Positions 26,761-60,000 of a DNA stretch of 60,000 nucleotides are shown in pieces. The translations under genes were made by a program, and so were the position numbers. The DNA lies in the NCBI GenBank assembly GCA_044892525.1, contig CM097885.1, positions 235,664,001-235,724,000 on the forward strand, written 5' to 3'. Below the pieces are notes generated by a model. It was not told the origin of the DNA. It searched no databases and worked only from the letters and a program-made list of their open reading frames with translations. The DNA is from Schmidtea polychroa. Its lineage: Eukaryota. How positions within the stretch are numbered: position 1 is the first letter of the stretch; the number at the start of each line of letters is the position of its first letter.

Positions 26761-27420
26761 AATCGCCCCCCTCCCTTACTTGCTTTTTGTCACAGCATTT
26801 TATTGAAACCTTGTTGCTTCTTTCAAGCAAAATTATAAGATACTATATTTTCAGATCCTCCATGGAAAATTGTAAAGAAGGCAATCAGGGTGCACGACTA
26901 TGTTTATACTGAAATATTGCGACTTAATTTCACATCTAACTTTAATAAAATAAGACCTCATTTTTTTAATTTCAATTTAAATATTAATTAAATATGTTTT
27001 TATTATATGCAATTTATTGCGATAATACAATTTAAATTTAAATTAAAACATTTTTACTAAATTTAAACAAAATAAATAATTAATATCAATTAATTCTCAA
27101 AGTTAAAAATAATATTTAAATCAAATTTTAAATATTAATGGTAAATTTGATTAAAGTATATGACAAACTTTATCTTTTGGATGGTTCAATGGGAAATTAG
27201 GATCTATTGTGGGGAAATTTTTTGAATTTTTGACAATTTAGGTGATTTTGGAAAACATATTTTTATCTAACTATCCTATTTTTAATTTTTATTTTTTTTG
27301 GCATAAAAGTTATATGCAATGTAAATTTATAATTAAAAATATTATTTTTAACCATATATATTTTAATTTTTCGTTCAGAAGTAAATTTAATAAAAGTCCT
27401 TCTTGCTTATAAATTGTATA

Positions 27421-27437
27421 TAATAATAATAATTAAA

Positions 27438-27511
<74 letters not shown>
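27421..27511. repeat. (AAT)n microsatellite
   Basis: Direct. Confidence 0.95.
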
Positions 27512-27513
<2 letters not shown>

Positions 27514-29890
27514 TCTATTTCCTATTCAACAAAATAACATAGTTTCTTTTCACAATTTTACATAGAAAAACAATTATCTTGTCGTTGCCTTTGAAGTCAT
27601 TGGTTACAAAAGAAATTTTCACTGCACTGATATTCTCCAATAGGTCAAACCTTTGACAAAGAATCCGAATTAAGAAAATATTTTAAAAAGGTTTTTGCAG
27701 AAAAGTTCATTTTATAATAAAAAATTTTAAATTCTAGTAGCTCTATTTGTATCCAGGTTATGATTTAAAAAAAATTAAAACTTATTTTGAAAAATTTTTT
27801 TTAGGATTACAAAATTCTGAAATTAATATAAAAATAGAATGAACTTTTTTTGGGATTTTATTTCGCCATGATTATCATTTTAATCATTTTTATTCTGGTC
27901 AAATTTTATTAATTTCATTTCAAAAATCTGTAATGTTTTTTGTTGGTGGAGTTTATCTGAAAAAGACACATAATATCGGTTGAAATTATTTTATTAGTGA
28001 CCACCTAACTGTAAGTCTTGCAATCATGGTATGATGTAACATGTATTACCCAATCAAAAGGCTATTACAACACGATAAATTGACTTAATAAGCTAAAGAT
28101 CATGAAAAATTTGCCAATATCATATATACCTATTTTCCAATCTAAACGGTTGATCCGTTTCCCAAATTTTAAGACTTAAAATATCGTGCAAAATTATAAA
28201 ACAAGATTATTTTTAAATTTTTTAACCACCTTTTAATATATAAAACTATTAATATTAAACTAATAATAAAATATGAGTTATTAAACATCAAAAATATAAA
28301 TCTAATAATTAAGTCAAACTAAAAATAAAAAATTCCACATGAAAAAAACATCAGAATTAAATGAGAAAATTTATTAAAACCAAACCAATTTCATTTATTT
28401 TTTATATTCAATATGAATTTTTAAAAATTTTTTATTAATAAAAAACAAGGGATGTATAATTTACTGTTGCTAAAATTAATATAAATGTTTCTTTTTGAAT
28501 GAAAAAATTTGAAAAATCATTTTTTCTCAGATTTTTGCTTATTTCTATCGTTGCTTTTTGACTTAAAATTTAAAATAACTTTTCAAAATTTCACTTTAAA
28601 ATTTTTTTTACATTTTTTTTATTAAATTGCTTGCAAAATTTCGTTAATTTTAAAAACAAAAGAAATTTTATTTTTCATTTAATTATAAATTCTTACAGCT
28701 AATAAGGAGTAAAACAAAAATAATTGCAAAAAATCAAGAAAGAGTCATTTTGAACTTGCCTATGTCCCCATGATTGAAAGAATGGATAAAAATGAGAATC
28801 TTTGTCACATCAGCCGTTATTTTGGAACACATAAGCGACGGGGAGTAAAATGATATTTGAAAATAATTTATATTCATTCTTTGTTTTTCTTAATGACAGT
28901 TGAATGAAATTAATTTATGATTTTTATTGTGATATTATTCCAACTCATTATTTTAACAAAAACTTTCTTCCCAACTTCGTCTCTACGGACATTCACAATT
29001 ATTTTTACAGTCAATCACAATGTGCATGAAGTCTATAAAGGTCAAGAAATGAAATTGGATTCGATGGTCATTGATACGCAACTAAAGGTTGCGATGGCTC
29101 TGGGGTGATTGCCATAAGGCAGATGATTTCAATTGTTAACACGTATTTACTTACAAAAATATTAAGCAAATACCACATAGATAGCGCAATACTACAAAGA
29201 CTTTCATAGAATCTAAAAATTTCCATTAATTTGCTCGAAATAAACTTCATGTAGAAATCACTGTTATATTTTATATTATAATTACATTTATTATTAAGTG
29301 ATGATTTCTTTAAGCCTTTTATCACTTTATTGTTTTACATTTATTATTGTTTCCATATTACTTTAATTTCTGAATTTTAGAATGTTAATTAATATTTTAA
29401 GAAATATTCAATTTTTTTAAATAACCCATGTTACATATTATAAATATTTAAAATTATTTTTTATTTTTAATTATTCATTTTATAATTAAATAAAAATGGT
29501 ATGATGGCCATATAAATTATATTAATAGAAGAATCCAATCTGCAATAAGCAGGAAAATGTGTACACTGCCAATTTATGCACATACTTATTAATGTCATAC
29601 AGTCAGATTCTCGTGATTAATACATCCGGATGTATTCGCAAAATTTCACACAAAATTACAAATATTATTAAGTTATTTACATGTTTAATATATTGTCAAT
29701 TCCCTTTAAACCACAAAAATGACGTACAAATTGTCAATTTGGAAATGATTGAATAAAATATGTATAATATATAAAATAAAATATTAATGACGCTATATTG
29801 TTAAATTATCATTACTACGTAATTGTTTTTTCTAATTTTTAACCAACAAGTTTCAAAGTTTATTTTAATCAGAAAATAAGTATATATATT

Positions 29891-30157
29891 TATTATTATA
29901 AGAACTTTTTTTCTTCCAATTTCACCACTGATTATTTTTTCCATTAAATTTATTAAAAAGAGAGTTTGAAGACTATAAATCAGTAATATATCGATGTGTG
30001 TTGATACTCACGAATTTTCGCAACTGCCTTTTTCAAGTGAATTTTCCAAAATTTAAAAAAAATTCACTTGAAAAAGGCAGTGCCCAAAAATTCGTGAGTA
30101 TCAACAAACATCGATATATTACTGATTTATAGTCTTCAAACTCTCTTTTTAATAAAT
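29891..30157. mobile_element. Palindromic Penelope-like pLTR-derived repeat (inverted ~97-bp arms plus ~55-bp one-sided tail)
   Basis: Arms 29948-30044 and 30060-30157; near-identical to 52290-52549 including the asymmetric tail; hammerhead-like motif in each arm. Confidence 0.7.
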
Positions 30158-32099
30158 ATATATTTATGTTTTTATTTATGTATATTCAAAGTTACGATTT
30201 TTTTAAAATTGCATTTAATTTCTAATTCCAAATTATACCTTTAATTACAAATGAAATAATGTCCGGCTTTTTTATGATAAATGATATAATGAAACTTTCT
30301 AAATTAAAATACCACATAAAATAGTTTCATTTAAACAAGAATGAAAAAACGACCGACCTTAATGACATTCATGAAATTACCACTATGGCTAACCTAGCGA
30401 ATGCATGCAGGTCGTACATAATACATCTTTTATCGTCGTTTAAAAGATAGTTCTACCAGAAGTTATCGAAATGCGCATGAGAAAAAGAACTTATTTGTAT
30501 GTGTATTTCATTTAAAAACAGTACAGAACAGTGATGTATGGATGAAATAGTATGAGATGTTTAGCTAATCATTAGAAGACTTTCTTATGTTAATCTGAAG
30601 TGAGAATTGAACAACTTTTCACTATTTCCTTTGGACTCGAGTATCCAAAGAGCAACTCTTATGTTTCAACCATTCATGATGTATTTATTAGGAGTGTAAG
30701 TCAAATTATGTTCATCCTTGATAAAATTGCAATTTATTGGACCGCATTAAATTCATGCAAAAACGGAATTAATTATATGTTATTGTAAAATAAAAAGTTG
30801 AAATTTGGGTCCGAGCAGCCATTACATCAAGGCGGAATTTGTTGCGGCTCTGAAATAATTCCTCATTAACCACATTTATTTTGGAGCATAACTTCGTTCG
30901 AGGAAGAAAAATTTTTCGACTTCGACTTAAAATCATTATGTTGTACATTTTTTATATTTATATTTCAACTTGTATATATTTATGAAAAACAACAAATAAT
31001 TTTTCATGGCTCACTTTATTTAAATTAAGGTTAAAATGGGTTCCTGCATGGTTTTGTGTTGCCAAGACTTGTTTTAGTTTAAATGAATATTAAACCCGGG
31101 TATTTTATATCACATTTTGAAATATAAAACAAACCATATCGTTGTATTTATATTTCACAATTTTTTTATTAACAAAATTTAGTTAATCTAAAATTTTTGT
31201 GTTAAATAATATTTTTGCCTCCCTGACTGGGTCTCGTATGCTCAAAACATAAAGTCTGAGGTTCAAGTAAAACAGTAAAAAAATAAGTAAACTAATAATT
31301 AATTAATTTGATTTTTTTCTATTTAATTTCTCTCATTGGTCTGAATTTTAATAATACTCGACCTAGATTCAAAATTGAACCCCCACCAAATATATTAATA
31401 TTTATATTAAAATTAAAATTTTCACCATCTGCAATGAATAAATCTGCAGGAATTTTATTTAAAAAAATTTATCAGATTCAAACCGATTTCCTTTTTAATA
31501 ACTATCGAATCAAACCGGAAGTTTTTCTTCTCATTTAATAAATATGTCAAAAATAATCTAAATGATTGGACGATATTAAAAAAAAACTATCAAAAGACAA
31601 ATTAATATACAATCACAATGTTTCGATAAATTCAAACAAAAACTACACAAAACTAAAATGAACAAGTTGAAACAAAAACTTTGAATTTATTACGAACTGG
31701 AATCTTGAGTGACAAAATTTTTTTGTGTCATCTTTTTTTTTCAATAAACAACGCAAAATAAAATTAATATTAATTACCATTCGAAAAAAAAATCTTTTAT
31801 CATCTTCAATTTTGATTGGATGAAATGAATATTTATTTCAAAATTTAAAAGAAATCCAATTACGCAATTTTCCATTTAATTATTACAATTATTAATTAAT
31901 AACATTTGTTAAAGTCAATAAAAATAAAATTAATTATTAATTTTTATTAATATTTATTGATTTGAGTAAACTCATCGGAGTTGTGAATTAATTAACGCAT
32001 TTGTATTTGCTTAAATGCACAATTTGCTGTACTATAAATTTTCGATTAGGTCTATAACATATATGTATATATAGGTCTGTAAATAGATACGGTTGGTGA

Positions 32100-32510
32100 A
32101 TTGAAGAGAATGTGCGCATTTTAAACACGGTTCATTATCCGGTAGCTGCGTCAAACAAAATCATATCATCCATTGTTCAGGTGCATTAAAAAAACGAGTT
32201 AACGAGGTCATTTAATAATTTGCAGTTTAATTTTTTTCTATTGATTTGGCCTCATCGCGCGCGCGCGCGATTCAGGCAGCCTCTCGATAATTTAAACAAA
32301 AAAAGGAAGCATGAATAACACACAGAGTAGAGCACAAATATTTGCCGATTGTAACTCCACAAGTAACCAGCCAGATCTTGCACGGATGAATGAGCAAAGC
32401 AGCTCACAATACATTGGACACACAAACAATCGCAGCGCACACCACAGCTCCACTCGCAGACGACAACACATACACACACCGGCAACACACAGCTACTTGA
32501 GTTAGTCTAA
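32100..32510 (+). promoter_or_regulatory. Putative promoter of the ZBED-like gene
   Basis: Local CpG/GC enrichment, (CG)7 palindrome at 32254-32271, Inr-like TTAGTC at 32502. Confidence 0.45.
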
Positions 32511-32832
32511 TCGAGCACAATTGCTTGTAAGTTATGTTTCTTCACCTTCTTGCAATTCGCTATTCTATTCAAAACCTGGTTTGAAAAGCATTCATTGAAA
32601 AAAAAAAACTACAACAATTACCAACGCGACTGCCACATTATATTCATTGAATATTACTGCTGGGCATACGATTGAAAGCTTTACTGCCACATTCGGAGTG
32701 ACTACATCAATATTGAAAACAAAAGATTATCCTGAAAGTATCTACGATTTCTCATTCTTCTCTCTCTGCTACATTTTACCGTGAACTAACAAAGCAAAAT
32801 TCATTTTATTTCGAGCTAACAATTTTCTAAAA
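32504..32832 (+). other. Putative non-coding first exon of the ZBED-like gene
   Basis: Donor AA|GTAAGC at 32833; acceptor ttttttcaattatag ends at 33865, 8 nt before the ATG; start site is a guess. Confidence 0.4.
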
Positions 32833-32893
32833 GTAAGCTGATTATTTTTTTTATTTATTTATTTTTGGTGAAAGTTTACTATAATGATTATAA

Positions 32894-32933
<40 letters not shown>

Positions 32934-33873
32934 TTTGTAATAAAAAAAAGCCTCTAAAAAAATAATCGATAAAAATATCAAAAAAAAAGAATAAGAAAAA
33001 AAGAAATTCCACTTGAACTTCCAATCAGTAAATTTTCCCCCCAACCAATCGAAATCCAAGCTAAACTATTCGATATTAATTTGGCATTTGCGAATTGATA
33101 ACTCTCCTCGTCTGTAATTTACTGGTAAAGTTTGATTTATACAAAAAAAAAGAAAAAAAAAGTAAAAATTCTGTAGCAAAAATACACAATCAAGTTAGTC
33201 ATGTTACATATTCGTGGATAGCTCGGGTAATTTCTATAATTAAATGGATGATTGAATGTGTTGTCCCAGTTCGCGAGGACTTGTTCGATCGGCTGTGTCA
33301 GCAAACACCCAAACAAGATAGAACAACAGAAACGAAAAGAGAAAAAAAAATTTTATTCCCTGACTCGTGTCGGTTTTTAGTATTTAACATAAAAATAAAA
33401 ATACACATACACACACACGCATCCAAATATCATCGAACTGAAGCAATGCTTCTTTTTTTGCCACAATATATCAATATCATGCTCGATACAGTCAAACCAG
33501 GCGTGCGATATTTTCACGAAAGAATCACACCCAACACACACACACGCACGATTTTTGGCATTTCTCATTCGCTGCACACACAATCATTTGGTTGTTGTTC
33601 GAGTGGTCGAATATCAAGCAATGTTGTAATAGTCACAATTTTTCTCTTCACTTACAAACATCAATGGCCATGCCTGAGTAGATCGCACATAAAGACCAGT
33701 TGCTTATTTTCGCTACAATAGAAACTTGTCAATTAACTCTACAACTCGCTTCTGGCTATAATATCTCTCGAGTAAAATTAAATGGTATCTATTATTAATA
33801 AATGGTAAAAAAAATAAACAACTATCAAATTCGAATGACAATGATTAGGTTTTTTTCAATTATAGATCAATAA

Positions 33874-58142
<24,269 letters not shown>

Positions 58143-58849
58143 GTCCAATAATCGGTAAATAAGTTATTATTAATTAGAATATAAATAATATAATAATTAT
58201 AGTTCAGATTTGCCACGATCAGTGTTCTTGCCAATACATGTAAAATCAGCTCATATTTTATTTTAAACATTCCTACAAGCAGCATAAGAATTATTTTATT
58301 TTCAAACTGATGTCTCCAGTTTGTTGTAAATAATGAATCATGTTTTAATACATTTATTTTTTATCATTTTCTTTTACTTGTTACTCTTGTACTAGGACCA
58401 AATATTATAATAGGGGTGTCTAACTTGTGAGCAGTACAATTTGCTCCATTCCAACTGTATAACATCATATAAAATATGATTGTATCAAGTGAAAGGGTTA
58501 TAAATTTTGTATATTCATATATCGTCTCTACAAACTAGAATGGAGAACTTCCCGGGTCTGTACAGAAATGTATCACATTTTAATGTGGTCTTTTATGAAT
58601 GTATACAGCCCGTAATCTGCTGTAATGCAGAGGTCCTCAAAGTGTACCACAAGGTCTTTGAAAAATTAAAGTTTATCTGTAAGAACGAGTTGCTCAACAA
58701 AGATTTTGATACAAAAGAAATTTTCGCTTAAACTCCCTAAATTTATGACGCTGATAAAGAATTTGGTGGTCATTTTTAATTATAAGCTCTAATTTTTTTT
58801 GTTATTCTTATTTTCATTATTTCCGGTTATATTTTTTTTGTGAACACAG

Positions 58850-59500
58850 AGCTCTCAGCCACATTCCTAAATGAATGCGTTTCCGAATTGCGGGACGGCG
58901 ACATTTCTATCTTATGCTTTCCTCTTGTAATTTTGGTCAGGTAAATCCCTTTGAAGACACCAGGAATAGTCCGCAAGCATTGAGGCCTCCAATTGACCTT
59001 AGATTTTTTCAAAAGTTATGATGTCCTGGTGGAATCTTTCTCCATGTTTGTCACTAACTACCTATGTTCATTGGAAAGAAGTCCCATTGAAAGTCAAGGA
59101 AGTGAATCTTGAGACAGTGTCCAACCAAAATGCAAAATTGGTCGTGTATCAGAGAAAAGATTTGGATAAATGACGTGTTTCAGAGTTCATATTTCCTGGA
59201 TATTCGGTGAAGCAGAAATATAAATTGGTAATGTGATCACAGGGTTCGCGCTATACCATTAGAATCGTAAATGGCAACTGATTTTCGTGAACCTCTCATC
59301 CAACTATTCAAATTAGTAAAGTACTTCAGACAGCAAAACTCTTGAGCCCACGAGTGGTCCTGGTCACCAACCTTGCAGACAAAGTATTTCTCGAAAGCTT
59401 CACAAAGCAACAGTGTCATCTGGCGTTGGCGTCCAAGGAAAATAAATTCTCCACAAATGTAACAAAATGAATTCGGCTTGTTCTTTCAATCACGGGGAAT
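58850..59500 (-). pseudogene. Decayed, internally deleted Chapaev3-like (CMC) transposase
   Basis: Minus strand NKPNSFCYICGEF, YFVCKVGDQDHSWA, REPCDH..YFC, LKIHFL...DFFP, SDKHGERFHQDI, MLADYSWCL, with stops and frameshifts. Confidence 0.8.
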
Positions 59501-60000
59501 GATGCTGAAATATGGATGTAATGCATACGCCGTATATGTATACATATACTATCATTGGCATAATATTAGAATTGGATGGCTTTCATAGCATTGTGTAAAA
59601 TTCTAGAAAACCCATGGAAATTAGATATTTCAATTTTTTGTGTGTGCGAGCTATAATAATTTATACCTTCTAGCACCGTTTCTTGAAAACATGTATTATT
59701 ACATTACAAACAGACACTTACAATGTATTTTAAATCCTTCCAAACATAGTCTTTTTACTTCATACATGAAAATACTTACTACCTGAACCTACACAGCACT
59801 TACATCAGCACTTTCGAAATATTCAGGAACAGTAAAAAATTTTCATGCAACATTGAAAAAGTTGAAAATTGCCTTGCAGAAATATTTTTGATAATTATTA
59901 TTAATATCATTTCTTAAATTTATTGAGAGATAATTAACAAAAGTAAATATAATTGTAATTTAACACATCTAATTATTTTATGCGTGAAAACGTATCATAA

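Noticed and set aside
26845..26870. Possible second TIR of the hAT remnant (gatcctccatgg)
   Set aside because: Only a partial match and no matching 8-bp TSD
33095..33721. 208-aa ORF upstream of the BED exon
   Set aside because: Non-ATG start, no motif, contains CA and A runs, and lies in the predicted 5' UTR intron

Overview
Very AT-rich, intron- and repeat-rich eukaryotic DNA. The (AAT)n microsatellites and transposon spectrum suggest an invertebrate such as a planarian; this is inference only. Contents in order: (1) 1-3795, the 3' part of a CsRn1-clade Ty3/Gypsy LTR retrotransposon (CHCC gag end, PR-RT-RH-IN pol with a frameshift and a D>Y integrase change, PPT, hairpin-rich 3' LTR). (2) ~4150-16018, a giant foldback structure: two ~4 kb inverted arms around a 1.8 kb spacer, with satellites, a 503-bp identical inner section and a right end resembling a Polinton/Maverick terminus. 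(3) ~16-32 kb, decayed piggyBac, hAT, Merlin-like, Tc2/pogo-like and Penelope-like elements. (4) 33874-58142 (+), one host gene: a 7-coding-exon, ~916-aa domesticated hAT transposase (ZBED/DREF-like) with an intact BED finger, a degenerate DDE triad and all six introns in phase 0. (5) A decayed Chapaev3-like transposase at the right end. Several different dispersed repeats share an ultra-minimal hammerhead-ribozyme-like motif (stemI-UUGANAA-R-stemII-GAAAAUUC-stemI'), the kind associated with Penelope-like elements. All alignments and translations were done by eye.
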